From positions 27,819,951 through 27,883,950 of the forward strand of contig CM119263.1 in the NCBI GenBank assembly GCA_051294375.1: a stretch of 64,000 nucleotides of DNA, given 5' to 3'. A program made the position numbers and the translations under genes. The DNA is from Paraspadella gotoi. Taxonomy: Eukaryota > Animalia > Chaetognatha. Position 1 is the first letter of the stretch, and each line of letters opens with the position of its first letter. Shown in pieces: positions 15,260 to 30,239 of this stretch. The notes beneath the pieces were generated by a model. It worked only from the letters and a program-made list of their open reading frames with translations, was not told the origin of the DNA and ran no database searches.

Positions 15260-15460
15260 CCTTTTCCCATTTCCCCATCTCAATCCCCCTTCTCCATCTT
15301 CATCCTATTCCCCTTCCCCATTCTTTTCCCCATCCATCTTCCCCAATCCCCCTTCCCCAATCCCCCTTCTCCAATCTCCCTTCCCCAATCCCCCTTTCCC
15401 AATCCTCTTTCTCCAATGCCCCTTCCCCAATCCCCCTTCCCCTTCCCCAATCCCCCCCAC
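15260..15460. repeat. C-rich tandem repeat (ttccccaatcccc) forming the polypyrimidine tract of the M3 exon
   Basis: Multiple copies directly upstream of the acceptor at 15465-15466. Confidence 0.8.
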
Positions 15461-15466
15461 AAAAAG

Positions 15467-15587
15467 GCGGAGGCGAGGCGCCGCGCGCCATTTCCGGTCG
15501 CGTCATCGCCGCCACCTGGTGGCTCTTCGGTTTCATCATGATCGCCACCTACACGGCCAACCTGGCCGCTTTCCTCACCGTGTCCAG
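15467..15587 (+). CDS. Ir25a: IR25a-type ionotropic receptor, post-pore/M3 exon
   Basis: aag|GC...AG|gtgagt; GGGEAPRAISGRVIAATWWLFGFIMIATYTANLAAFLTVSR contains the YTANLAAF gate and the IR25a-typical GGGEAP and AATWWLFGFI motifs. Confidence 0.93.
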
Positions 15588-18090
15588 GTGAGTCTCACAA
15601 TTCTCACGAGCCTATTCTCGGAGAGGAAGTCACTTTACTCTCTCTCTCATTTCGCCCCGTTGATGGTTTTTACCTTTTCGTCAAAGTAAGTTCGCTTCTC
15701 TGCTTTTAGGTGAGTTTTGTTCTGCGAGTTTAAGCTTTTCGGTGAGTCACGGCAAATAAGTGCAATTCCTTTAATAAATCATTGAGAAATGCCTCACGCT
15801 AAGGTAAGACTTCCATGAGCGACGCCCAGTAATCACAGTCCCACTCTTCGCATGCCTTTCACTTACCCTCTTATTTCTCGACTTCATCATGACTCACTTC
15901 CAAAGGTTGTGAGCGAGGGTCCGTCCTCTTCCTCATTCATTTTATTTCACTTTCGAGTCCCAAAGAGAAAATCCGAGGTTCAATAAAAACAAAAGTCAAA
16001 CGTCGTAAACAATGAATAAAAAAAAAAGAGAAAATCCACTGAAATCTCGGCCGACCTCCCCCCCCACGCCCCCCCCAAACGGCTCCTCCTCATCCCCCAT
16101 GCCCCGCCCACATTATCCGCCCACAAAATAAAAACCCTAAAGGGGGCAGTTTCGTCTGCTATGGTGAGTTCGCAGATTTAGTAGTTAAATTTTTCTTCTA
16201 AGTTTAGTTAAGATTTTGTTTAGAAACGTCACTGCCACGCACACCTAAGGCCTGGGCTTTTTGTTTTAAAATCACTCGCACACACCCCTTCTCGGTATTG
16301 GGAATAAATAGGGGTCGTTGTCCATGTAAGATTGAAGGCTAGAAACCCAAGGCTTTTCTTTTAGATGGTAAAATAATTACTGAATAAATTGTATTGATCC
16401 TAACCTAAAGGTACCAATAATTTATTTTAGTGAGAAAGGAAAAAAGTTTAACGCAACCAGTACCTGTATTGTATTAAGTCAAAAACTTGTACTTTGAAGG
16501 AGTGAACATAATTTTTTTTCACTAACTCGCAGTATCTCTCGTTCTACTTTTCTTGTGTCTCAGTGTGTACGTGTCTCTGTCAAAAATAAAATGAAATAAA
16601 AAACAAACAAAAACAACTCGATAAATCTTCGATTCTTGAATAGTTATCNNNNNNNNNNNNNNNNNNNNNNNNNNNNNNNNNNNNNNNNNNNNNNNNNNNN
16701 NNNNNNNNNNNNNNNNNNNNNNNNNNNNNNNNNNNNNNNNNNNNNNNNNNNNNNNNNNNNNNNNNNNNNNNNNNNNNNNNNNNNNNNNNNNNNNNNNNNN
16801 NNNNNNNNNNNNNNNNNNNNNNNNNNNNNNNNNNNNNNNNNNNNNNNNNNNNNNNNNNNNNNNNNNNNNNNNNNNNNNNNNNNNNNNNNNNNNNNNNNNN
16901 NNNNNNNNNNNNNNNNNNNNNNNNNNNNNNNNNNNNNNNNNNNNNNNNNNNNNNNNNNNNNNNNNNNNNNNNNNNNNNNNNNNNNNNNNNNNNNNNNNNN
17001 NNNNNNNNNNNNNNNNNNNNNNNNNNNNNNNNNNNNNNNNNNNNNNNNNNNNNNNNNNNNNNNNNNNNNNNNNNNNNNNNNNNNNNNNNNNNNNNNNNNN
17101 NNNNNNNNNNNNNNNNNNNNNNNNNNNNNNNNNNNNNNNNNNNNNNNNNNNNNNNNNNNNNNNNNNNNNNNNNNNNNNNNNNNNNNNNNNNNNNNNNNNN
17201 NNNNNNNNNNNNNNNNNNNNNNNNNNNNNNNNNNNNNNNNNNNNNNNNNNNNNNNNNNNNNNNNNNNNNNNNNNNNNNNNNNNNNNNNNNNNNNNNNNNN
17301 NNNNNNNNNNNNNNNNNNNNNNNNNNNNNNNNNNNNNNNNNNNNNNNNNNNNNNNNNNNNNNNNNNNNNNNNNNNNNNNNNNNNNNNNNNNNNNNNNNNN
17401 NNNNNNNNNNNNNNNNNNNNNNNNNNNNNNNNNNNNNNNNNNNNNNNNNNNNNNNNNNNNNNNNNNNNNNNNNNNNNNNNNNNNNNNNNNNNNNNNNNNN
17501 NNNNNNNNNNNNNNNNNNNNNNNNNAAAGCAGTTTAACTGTCAAACTATTTTTTCTTTTTCTGTCAGGCCTCTTTGTTGTTGAAGTCTTTCTGTCTGTCT
17601 GTCTCTCCACTAGTCCGTCTCTCTTTTTTTATTAGTCATTGTATTTGTCTGTTTGTCTCTCTATCTGTCACTCGGTCTTTCTTTTTTTTTTCCTGTCTTT
17701 CTCTACCTTACTCTGCCAATTTATCTCTATTCTATAATGATATGCGATTAATTTAAAGAATTATTGATTTTATTTAACTCACATTTTAATTTAGAATCGA
17801 AACTGAATTAAGACTCATTTCCTCTCAATGGAATCGCATCAAAGTGGAACCAAGTTTTTCCTCTTTGTTTTCTTTTTTTTTTAATGAATGTTTTTCATTT
17901 ATTTGTTATGAGAATCAAAACCTCGTTAAGTCTCGAAGGACACATTTGCTTTAAATGTATCGGGGGGCTTTCGTCGACGTCGTTGTTGTTGTTGTAGTTG
18001 CCAGGCTGAGAATAGCGAAAGGCGAAAGTCGTTCACTTAATGCAGTTGGCAGAAAAGTGAAGGTTCGGCTTATCCAAGATGAAGTCGGTC

Positions 18091-18155
<65 letters not shown>

Positions 18156-18871
18156 TTCCGCGTAGATGTTTCTCACCAGCTTTACTGCGGGAGAATAGTC
18201 AGATGCTTGTTTGTCGTCGTCGTCGTAATCGTCGTCTTTTGTGAAATATGTGTCCCACCATAAAGGCGAATGGCGTGTAAAGTCGTCGTCGTCGTCGTCG
18301 TCGTCGTCTTCGCGCACCCACTTTGTTATCTCAGTCTTTTCTCCTTAAATGTTTTTCTCTTTTTTCCTTTTCTTCTTTTTTTTCCCCTCGCTTCTTTCCT
18401 TCGTCCACCTGTGGCCTTTTTTCACTCTTCTTCTTGTCGCTTAATATTTTATTACTAAACTTCCTTCTTTTATTATTCAAGTTCGTCCGACGTTCTTAAC
18501 AGAAAACCGAGTTTATCGACGGAATGAACTTATAGATTATAGAAAGGCAGATATTGGATGAATTATTTTAGTAATTTTGGTATGAATATTCCATTTACTA
18601 AGTCAGTTTCTTAATATATGTTAAACTTCTCAAATTATCTTTAAAAAAAAATAAAGAAAAATCTAAAATCTAAAACTAAACAAAAGGTCATAAAGTCACA
18701 ACTTGGATTCTCGGGTCAACTCGCGAAAGAGAAAAGCCAAAGATGAAGTCAGCACATTTTTTTTTCTCCTTGGGTCATTGTTTTTGGTCAGAGAAGTTGC
18801 GAGGATCAAAGAGGCAACATTGAGTAGAGCGGGGGTTGCAAAGGGGACGAAGGGGTCGCGGGACAGGGGTG

Positions 18872-20166
18872 TGATTTAAGGCGGTAATGACGATGTATGT
18901 ATGATTCGTGATGAATAAAATGATGATAATTGTGAGTGATATTGATGATTGATGACGATGAAAGGATCCCGACGTAATAACAATGACGACGCGACGACGA
19001 CACTGATGACAATAGAGACAAATGCGAATGGATCTTTAACAAACGCGATGACGACTGCAGTTGACATCGTAAGATGACATCGAACGACTAAACGACGACG
19101 AGACGACGCCGACGTGCACGATGAGTTTCAGACCCAAATAAATATCCGCTAAATTGGAACGAGATCCCTGGAAGCGCGGTGCGGGGATGGAAGAGAAAAG
19201 GAGGAAGGGTAAAAAAAAAGGAAAAAAGGAGGGGGAAAGGGGGAATTGAAACAAAATAAAATGGAAGGAAGGATAGAGGAGAAGGAAAATAGAAAGTAAA
19301 CGAAATATAAGAAAGAAAAGAATAATATAAAAATGAAGAAAGAAAAAAGGGAAAATAAAATAATATAAAAAAGGGATTCTTTTCCGAGAGTGAGCCCTTT
19401 CTGTCCGTTAATCCCAGATATAATTTTTAACTTCGATATATTTATAACCTAAATATTCTTCTTAAACTTATGAAACTTTAATCGCTTCACCTAAATGTAT
19501 TAACATCTTAACCCTATAATACTCTTATCCTTTAATTTTAAACTTCTAACCTCTAAACCATGTCACTAACCAGCCCTGACCCAAATCCCTAACCCAAATC
19601 AAAACCAAGTCCTTTAACTTTAATCATACCTTTTCCAAACCCGACCTTTTAATAGTATTTTTAACTAAAAAAGTTCCGGAATAATAAGGCCAAAGTTGGG
19701 TGTAAGTTATGAAAAGGAAACAAAATTTTAAAAGAGACGAAAAAAAATGAAAATATTAGTTATATAGAAAAGAAATAAAAAAATAATAAAGAACTGCAAA
19801 TATTTACACATTTATGCAGGTTCACAAAAACATTGTTCTGAGTTCTAACACAGTGTATACGACAAGGTGAGACGCCCAAGCAGCGAGAACGAAACATTAT
19901 ATGATTTCACGCTGACCGGGGAAACTTACCCCGATGAGACCGACAGATAAAAAAAAAGAAAGAAAAAAAAAGAAGAATAAACGAAAAAAAGTTGAAAAAG
20001 AAAATCGCGAAGTGAAAAGAGAAAAAGTTAAAATGGCCGAAGAGAAACAGAACCCGGAAATAAGAAGAGAGAAAAAAACCCGATGGAACCGGAACCGGAA
20101 AGTTCTCTTCTTTTCAAATGAAATTAAAAGAAAGTTGGAAATTCACGCCGGGTGCGACGAGAGTAG

Positions 20167-20197
<31 letters not shown>

Positions 20198-23100
20198 GAT
20201 TATAAGAAAGGATCAATTAGATGAAAAAGAGAAAAGAGAAGAATAGATGAGAGGAGCAGGGAAATGTTTTCTTTCACCATTTTCCTTTAAAGTAATTTTT
20301 TTTTATAGTTTGTAAATCCACAGCTGTTTTTTTCGGCGACATTAACTAGTTTAAACTGGTAAATTTTTTTTCAAAAAAAATGTTATTTTTATTTTATTTT
20401 TGAAACAATTCTTTTTTTGTAAAAAAAATATCTAAGATACAAAATAGTTGAGATGAACCAAAATTAGGTTGTTCATGTGAATTCTCTAGTGATTAATGAG
20501 GATCACAGATGCTCACACTCTCACACTCTCACTCTCTTTCGCAATAAAAACTCACGTCTTCGATGCGTGTGGTGATGATGCTGTTGCAATTTTTGATGCT
20601 GCAGCAAATCTCGATGATCGGCGTGAGCTGTTGTATGCTGTTGTATGTGATGCATGCACACTTGATTGATTTGCATCTTGATTCAACGTGTCATCTGTCA
20701 GATTCGTGTCTATTGCTTGCGGATTTCGAATTTCGCTCGACGGCGGAAGACGAAAGAGATAGTTTAATTATATCGTTTTGTTTCTTTTTTAAAAACTTGA
20801 TGTTTTCTTATATATATATATTTTAATATAATATAATAAATTGCAATTAATGTTTTAAATTAATTGAATTTTTGTTAAAGGTGGCGTGTTAAATTCTTTA
20901 CGTTCGAAGACGACGTATCATTGTTTATTTTGTTTGTTAGCCGACAACGATTGTCGCGCTTTTATTTTAAAATACGCTCCCCATTGGGAATTCTATAGAT
21001 GTCTTTATTATTATATTTTTTTTTTGGTATTTAGTGACCTTTAAAATGAGGTTAACTCCATAACTTCTTAAATGTCTTTTGTCGAAATAAAGCGCAAAAT
21101 CAAAACGCACCGATAGCGAACACGCGAGAAACAGATGGACAGAACAAATGAACCAAAAAAGCTAAAATACGAAGTTGAAAAAAACATCGCAAAAAAACAT
21201 AAATTTTTACCTTACTTACCGTACCCCATATCTCACCTTAACTATCCTTTCTTACCTTACCTTCTTACTGACCTCAACATTACCTCCTACTAAGCTTACC
21301 TTACCTTTCTCCTGCCTTATCCTAAGGCTAAACTTACCCATTCCATTACTTTACCCTTGACCCACCTCCGACAACTCGCCCATTCAACCTAAAACCGCGG
21401 TTCCGCCCACTGCTTCGGCCCAACAAAAAACTGTCCACGCCTCCGGAGAGACGGTGGTGACTGTTCCCGATTAGTCACACTGTTCTGATCCGGAATGTCA
21501 TCGTTATTGCACATCCACCGAATGTGAGTAATTGGTAGATGATTAGGAGTAGCCCGACGGCCGTATTCTCCATGTCGCAGACTAGGAAAATGCCGCAGCC
21601 GGATAAACTACCGATCGAGCCCTCCGGCTTTGCCGTCCATCGCGCTGGTATCTTCTTACGGGGAGCGCACTTGTTAGCAGTTAGCACTCCCTCATTGCGA
21701 ATGCGTTTTGTTGAAGAAGAGGGTGTGGGTAAGGTAGGAAATGGTGGTTGAGGTTAGGGATGTGTGGTTAGGAAAGGTGAGTGAAGAGGGGGAATTATGG
21801 AGAGGAAGGTAATATGAGGAGGAAGGAAAATAATGAGGAATGTGAAACAAAAATGAATGTAGTTGTTATGTAGCGAAAAGAATTTAGTAAAATAATGCAG
21901 ATTTATATGAGAAAAAAACAAGCGGAACAATATTACTTGGAGAAGACCTGGAACGAAGAGAGAGGAGAAAATTTATAGATACAGTTTATATATTAAAAAT
22001 TAAGAGAGAGAGGGGAAGAGACAGAGGGGCCGATAAACAGCGACTAATAATATCACTCGTAGAGGAAGCACTTTAATTGTATATCTACAATTTTATTAGA
22101 TCGCGATGTATTATCTTATACGACGACACGAACGACCTGCACGACGAATTCTGATGACGCTCTGGCATGTATGGTGAGACGACAACCAACGATCATTTTT
22201 GAGAGCTCGCTCTTAACTCAAGTAATTATTAAAGCTTATTGTATTATACCACTGAATATACGGCCACTGTGCACTACGAGTCTTATTACATTAATATTCT
22301 GATGTCAAAGTCCTTCGAATGCGCACCGTTAAAAACTAACTTTGCTTCAAAAAAAAGTCCTTAAATTTTATTACTTTGGAATTAACTCTCCCTTATAGAG
22401 TATTCAAGCCTGAGGATATTTTAATCGCTGCATTACTTTTGGTGCTCCTCCCAGAATCCACATCATAATCCCTGCCGTCTAGTGGGAGTCCGCAAGCTGT
22501 TTGCTACCCTAAACACATTCATATAACTTAATATATAACTTCTTTTTCACTCTTTGGCTATTAAAATTATTAATCTATTTACAATCGCATTTCGGTCGCA
22601 GACTCTTTTTTTTCTTCAATCTTCTATTTCTTTTGACCGCACATTCACCCAATATTATGCATGAGGTCTTTCTTCCCAATACCCAGATTAACAGATCAAA
22701 TCTAACTCATGAGTCCAACGCAGATTCCCGAGTTGATTAAGATTGACGACGAAAAACTCCGCCGTTGATTGTAATTTCGATTGCTGATCTCCCGTTTGCT
22801 TTCCGTCGTGATAGTTCAGTCCCGCACTGAATCTGTTCTTGTTCCAACCAACGAGTTTTTCAGATTAAAAAAAAATTTTCCACTCAGAAGATCGATACGT
22901 CTATACAAATACTCAAGATCCTGCGAGAGGAAATTGGAGGGAGCATTAGCTCAATCAGATGGTTGTTGTGTCATTAAAGAGTTAAATAACTTAACTTCCA
23001 GAACAGATCAAAAGTACGTGTTTTGATATTTATCTATGATGTTTATTGGGTCATTGTTTGCGTGAATCTACTTGATTCTTATTATTTAGTCAAAACAGGT

Positions 23101-26100
23101 TCTTTGTCGATTAATATACTCGATGTATTTTACCAACACCAAACTAAACGAAATAAAGTAATATTATTTACTAGATAACGACTTACATTACATTCTATCA
23201 AAATATTAAAAAATTTTTGACAATGGAGAATCGATTTATTTAACCTTTTAGGCTTGCGAAAAATCATTCATGAAAGTAACTAATATACTTTAAGTGTTTT
23301 ATTAATGATCAATTTCGTATATTTCGATTTAATTGTAACATTATTTTAATTAGATATCATAGAACATCAAATTAATCATTAAGTCTTCAAGTTCTTCCAC
23401 GAGACCGAATTCCTTTCAACTCGGCTCGACTTTCCTGCTCTCCCGTTCTGAATAACGGCTGACTTGACTCCACCTCCACGAACTCGAGATGATGATAGGT
23501 GATGTAACAGGAAACGACTCCGTCAAATCAGCCTAAAGTATTCCAAGATTTGGAGAACGAATGATTTGGTCTATGCATGCTAGCCAGACTTCTCGGTATA
23601 TGAACAACGCAAAACTGATCTGACTTTAGATAAATGTGAGGTCCATGTAAACAAATGTAAGAAGTAAGAATGAGATTAATTAATAATAAGAAATAGTTCT
23701 GTAGATACTCAATAAAAAACGTGAAAATTCTCAAATTGTGTTTTTTTATTCACTAATCCTTTAATTTTTTCACTTGAAACGCTATATACCTGGTCCTGCT
23801 ATATCTGTTTAATTTTAAAATGATGATGGATCCACAACTCCACTCACTCAGATATAGTTAATGATGGGTATTGCAGGTATAATAAAGAAAAGACTAACTC
23901 AATCTTCTTTTCTTTCCTCACACCAAACCTCAACTCTACATCACCTTATCTTTTTAAACTTTATTTACCTTACTCACATCATCTCCGCTCTGTATAAACA
24001 CGAAGTCTTTGTTTATCAACCACTAACATCTAGCATAAGATAAGTTTCCTGATTCTCTGCCTCGTGATAAATTCTCGAATCTCAGTCGAAGAACTTCCTC
24101 GTAGTTGCTTTCTTTGCAAATCGCCAAACAGCATCCGTCGGACACCCCGTCGCCGGAGAGTCAACGCCGCTCTCAGTGCGGATCGGACAGCATTCGGCTT
24201 GCGGGACTGTCAGCAAAGGCCGCGGGCGGGGCGCGGCGTACGCACTAGCTTAGGGCTTGCGGGACGCAGCGATGATGGCCTTTCCACATAATCATCTGCG
24301 GCGTAAAGAATAGCTCTTCATTGCTTCCTCTGCCTCTCGGTAGTATCGGTACCCCATAGTGCGAGATTAATCTTTCATTACGACACCACATTTCCCAAGT
24401 CGCAAATTAAAGCAAAAAAAGGTGAATCGCGAGCATACAAATTTGCCACCGGGTACCAAAGGTACGACGCCTTTCTTTAAGCAACCATTAAGTCATTAAC
24501 CTCACGTCGGGCAAAGCGCCTCGCAGGCCGTATCTATTTTACCTGATATCTCATCAGGCGGCGTGGGATCGATGCGTCAGCTTTCTAAGATCGGACTGAA
24601 TCATGTTTGCCCACTTTATACTCGAATCTCTGAAGGAATCTCTCACCGTCTGGGCTCCCAGGCGGACCCACAGGCGCCCCGGCGGAATCCCGTCGGTCAG
24701 CCCCTGACGATACAATATAACCCAGTAAGCCTGATCGTCAGGAGTACGATCCAGTAGAATTACTAGGTGGCCGGTGGGCATTGATTCAACAGGCAAATAC
24801 ACAGAAATCGAACTCAATATAACTTGTATACTCACGACACTTCGGCAACTCCTCGATAACAAACCTACTATTTCGGTCCGGTGAAGACAAAGAGTCGTAT
24901 CACATACAGTCTCAGCTGTCGATCACTACATTCCACCGAGGCCGCGGTCTGCTACCAGCCTTTTTCTCATAGTAATGAGGCTGGAGAACCACAGCTCTTG
25001 ACTCAGCAGTCCTCTACGGCCGACGCGGTCGGGTAGAAATAAAGTACAGAGAAGCGGGCGAAGGAAAGACGTCGGTCACGGTGTGAGCGGGTAGCTCGAG
25101 TCCGGCGATTGGCGACGCTGCATAATGAAATAAATATATGTGCGTAAGGGCGGAGGTTGTGAAAGAAAGCTGGTTATTTGAGGGTTGAGGCAAGGCTATG
25201 AGTTACGTGTGACGCAGAGAGTGGCTGGGATATGGGCGGTGGTATGGTAAGGAAAACGCAATCTAACAATGATTATTATTTTAAATTCACAATTTTCTTT
25301 GTCATTAGTTAATTTGTTATTTTTATGTTTGCATGAAAAAATATAAGCAAAAATTTTTGAATTTGGGATAACTTTTTTTTTAACATTCATAATTAAATGA
25401 CTTTTCTTTTACAAAAACTATTCTTCCTTTTGAGTGACTATTATTTATAAATAAACAACTAAGTTATCAATATTTAAAATCTTGTTTCTAACCGACAGCT
25501 CGTCAAACATTCCTATAGGATTTCCCCAACCCCCACCCCCCATCCCCACCCCTCTGACAATCGTCCAGAAACCTCTCCGCGAATTCTGATGACGATCTTC
25601 CCTCGGGTCCTCGTTAGGCTACGGCTGCTGCAGCCCCAGCTACCTAAACAGCACATTCTTAGGCTATGCATAAGCCATAGATAGGACCGGCCGCAATTGT
25701 ATTCGAAAGTATCCAAAGGATTGATGCGACTGGATGCAGCGCCGTATTCTCTTCGATTGATAGCGGCAAAACGGGCTAACCATAAAATAGTTGTGGCTCA
25801 CACATTCGTCGACGTCTATTTAGATAGAGTACAGAAGCATTCGACTCCGGAGGCGTCGCATGGTTACTAGAATAATTAATTGTTGTTATGTTAATGGAAT
25901 CTAATATAGGTTTTTTTATCATAAATTTTTTTATTACCTTGATATTTTATTTTATGTTTTTCATAGTTATATTCTTTTTAAAAGTTAACTTGGTAATTAT
26001 GGCGACAAGGAGAAGAAAATCGCGATTTTAAAGATTAACATCTGGCGCCACAGATTTCTTTCTTCTCGCTCGCATTGATACGTAGAAGCGGGAGAAGCGC

Positions 26101-29100
26101 TAGTATTAACACATAGCCTCGTTTTTCCTCCGCCGCTGAAATATCATTGCCATGTTTCGATTTTTAGGCTAATATTAAATTTGTACAAGACGAAAAATTA
26201 AATTGGTTTTTTGGTATTTAAAAACATGCGATCGATATATTATCGCTAGTAAAATTAGTTTGATATAATACTGAATTTTGATTCATCATTCTCTCTCTCT
26301 CTCTGCTATCTCTCTTAATCTCTATTCTCTCTCTCTTATCTTCTCTTCTCTCTCTCTCTAACTCTCTCTCTCTCTCTTCTCTCTCTTCTTCTACCTCTCT
26401 CTCTCTCTCTTCATCATCCTTCTCTCTACCTTACTATTCCTTCACAGATACCAAATAAATTATAAATAGGCGAATAAGGTACAACTTACATGGGTATTAA
26501 TTTTTAATCGATCCGGCTCGGGAAGATTACGATGGCGGAAAGGCAACAAAATGAAATGAACTTGAAAAAAATATTGGATGCAAAATCAAAAGAAAATATT
26601 TTTCGAATAAAAACTTTAGAAAATAACACAATAAACAACCAACAATAAATTTAAAAACTAATAAAAAGGAAATTCCAGAGGTGCAGGAATAAATTATATT
26701 AAATCAATAAAGAAAAATAAACTTAAACACGCTGCAACAGGTTACGAAACCAAATCAACATCTACAAAAAGTACTGAAGTTAGAAGCAAGAAGGAGTTAA
26801 TCAACAACAAAAAAATACTTTATTCAGAATTTTTTAGATGGGGCGAAGCAATAAGAGTCGCCCCGACTTCTTCATCCTATCGAATCCTTCTTTGTTTCTT
26901 CCATTTGTTCTCTCTCAATGAAATATTAACTATGTTTTGTTTAAAAATTAGTGCGTTCATTGTCTTAATTCTATACACCAAGAATAACTTTGTTTCTTGT
27001 TGTAGAATCTGCTTACAGCTAATCCTTGATTCGCGTGACTCAAGCTAACGTACATCTCAAACCTTTATTATATTCGATTACCAATCTATCATTCTTATTC
27101 ACTAATAAGACGTGACTAAATTCTCCGCTTCAAACAATGACTATCACATTCACACTTTGTATATATTGAGCTGGGCCGGAGCTGGCGATCCAAATTTTAG
27201 AAGTCCAAGGCGGTAAGGTTTCGGCTCTGAACTCCTCTCCACCTGACAGACTGCAGTCCGTTCTAAGTCCGCGGGTAGCATAAGGTTATTGGGTCTGCGT
27301 TTCGCTAGAGACCGATGCTCGATGAACCATTTAAAAAAGGTGAGGAAAAAGGAAATTATATATATGAATTATATTTCTGTTCTTCATTTGTTGTTTCTTT
27401 ACCTTCTACAAAACATTTTGATATTTTAATTTAAGGAATTATTTATTAATCTTATCACCTCATCTCTCTACTGCTCTTTTTTACAAGTTTAATATATTGT
27501 GCTTTACCTGCTCTTCTTTTCTTGTAGTTAATAAGATGTGTCGGTCTGCTCTACCTTCTTTATTCTACTCTCTTCCCTACAGCTGCCTATCTTCTTCATT
27601 TTTCTTTCCGACTATATATATATAAACGAGCTTAATGCTTTTACTTAAGCAACTGTATTCAGTCTTTTTATTTCTCTTTATTTGACTTTTGTTCTTCTCC
27701 TCTCTCTCTTTCCTTCTCTCTCCTTTTTTTTCTTTCTCTCTCTCTCTTCTCATACTCATTATTCTGTGTTTTTCTGTCTCGTCTTCATTTCTCTATCTTC
27801 TTCTCTCTTCTCATACACTCTCTATATCATGTTATTGTTATTGCGTTTTTATTTTTACGATGATATGTACTCATCACGTTACATGTATCGCATATATACT
27901 ATCATTTTGGTATTATGTAATTCGATCTCGCACTCTGCTTCTCTAAAATTATTGAATGGCACTATCATATTCGCATCTCCACACTATATTTTCTTTTGGT
28001 CATTTTCGTCAATCGAGTTCATTTCAATTAATCTTCGGCTTTATCTATCCTGCATCAACATAATTATGGTTATACATCGAAATCCAACATGCTTTCGGTT
28101 ATCCATCGAAAATCAACTCACACTGAGTCTATCAGATGCCAACCATTCATTACCTATAAAGGCGAATTACTGGTTTTATTCACTATTCCTAGTCGACCTC
28201 ATGTTAAAAAAAAAGGTTTTCCATTATTCTTATTAGTGTGGTATATTTCAGAATTCGGAGCAATATAGTTACTCTTACATCAATCAATTACTATTACATC
28301 AATTCACATTACTAAGTTTATTTCCCGAATAATTCGTATTACATCAATCATTATTTTTTTCGGCATTTTTCTATTTTAACAATTTATTTCCAATGATTGA
28401 AACTTGATTTAAAAGCTTTAAATCACAACACAACTACTCAATAGTGTTTACGTGGGACATCTCTCTTTACTTTAATGCCTACGTAATTCATTGTTCAAAG
28501 CTCAAGGTGGTGTCGCAATCTGTCTGGCGTCCAACCCAATAGATATCTTGTCTTTGATACGTCGCTGGCATTCGATGTCGCGGAGAACATTGTCGAATTA
28601 TTATATGTATAATTCAAACATCGAGACTGTCTAGTCCATCCGCTTCAATATTGTGATACTTTTGGCCCTCTCCTATATGTCCTTTATCTTTTCTTTTATT
28701 ACTTTTTTTTCAAGGAATATGAATTTACAAAATTTCGCCAAACATTTTGATAAGAGAGAGGACAGAGTAGAGATTGAGATGAAGTTTAAGAGACAAAGTC
28801 TATAATATTTTGTTATTTTAAAAACGAATTCGAAGGGCTGCGAAGAACTCTTCGCCGATTTTGTCCACAATCTTTGGTTGTACTCTAATTTATGATCTTA
28901 AAATTGGTTGCATAAGAAATGAGTGAGGGAAGGGATCAAAGAGCTACTTTGAACGGGTGTGTGGTTGTTTTTAACATGCTTCTATTTACATCTAAATTAC
29001 TGATGACGAGGAAATTTAACGGGATCTCTAAGGTGAGATAACACAATTTCGTTGGAGTGTTATACAAAGCAGACTTTCAAAATTAAACCTAACGTACTAC

Positions 29101-30239
29101 CAAAACAACGTCACTATTCTTTCCTTGCACTAGGCGAACGTGAAAGCATTCTAAAATTACAAACATTCCAAACATTAAGGCAAACAAACTCAGATAGCCT
29201 CAGATTGCAAACTCCTTATTTCTTTTTTTGCCTGGTTAGCAGCACGACTCTGGAGAATGGTCGCGGGCTGTTTTGTGGTTACAAGTCTCCGAGCGACGAC
29301 ACTAGGGCGCCACTCTAACTTCGGAAGGGATGGGAGTGAACTAAGCTATCATATTTCTTCTATTCTGCGGTTCTGATACCTCTAATCCGAAAATCATTAA
29401 AAAGGTTCAAAAACAAAGGGGGGAAAGAAAGAGTCTGAGAGAGAGCGAGCAAGATGAACTGAACCTAAACTTCTGAACGCGACCTCAAATCCCCGTGAGG
29501 AGTGACATGAGGCGGGAGGAGGAAAAGAGAGAGAAGAGGGCTGTAGACACGCGACCGTAGTCTACCCGTGCCTTCGATATCTGCTCTTCGTTTTGCAAAT
29601 GTATAGTGTTTAACGGGTTTTGTGAGCTGCTGAGAATCAAGATCGGAAAGCGGAAGAAAAACGTGTCAGACCCGATATTCGCATTTTTAGTCTGCTCGCC
29701 ACTGCCGATATCAAGTGGCAAATAAACAAGGAATATTTTTGAACTCATATAGAGAAAGAGAAAAAGCTTTGCTTAGATGAAATATCTGATATAGTTTTCA
29801 AGGATTATGTTAAATCTGCTTCTCGTAGATACTATTTTTTTTTAGAACTATGGATTGATCGTCATCTGAAAAACGCTGAGGGATACTGAGCTTTGGTCCA
29901 TATACTATAGGTAGCTATACAGTAGGTATTTTGTATCATGCACCAACTTAAACGCTTTGTCCTCCTATAGTAGTCCATCTCTCAGTATTAAAAGCATGCT
30001 TAATGTCACTTTGTACTGTTATAATTTCTCTCATATAGTATCTTCAGATTGTAGTGATTGATCTACAATTTTTTTTTGCCCTTACATGCCGAGGTCTGGA
30101 CAAGTGGCTATCCTTTATCGATACATATACTTCTCCCTCTCTCTCTCCTTCCTCCTCTCTTCTACTCTCTCTCTCCTCTCTCTCTCTTCTCTCTCTCTCT
30201 CTTATCTCTTCTCTCCTCTCGGCTCAACCCTGTTCCGCG
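18872..30239 (-). repeat. Error-rich inverted duplicate of about 30660-38535 (probable long-read gap-fill artefact)
   Basis: Collinear reverse-complement matches: 18880-19400 to 38000-38535, 20500-20760 to 36655-36920, 22690-22930 to 34780-34985, 23380-23620 to 34160-34390, 27165-27310 to 31304-31436, 28152 to 30780-30798; identity decays toward the 25-N gap at 30240-30264. Confidence 0.9.

Noticed and set aside
16522-17610. Long ORFs of 315-362 aa
   Set aside because: Consist almost entirely of N-gap translation
20500-27310. Second, minus-strand pseudogene copies of IR25a and DEG/ENaC
   Set aside because: Introns and exons are equally degraded by indels with a positional gradient, as expected for read error rather than evolution
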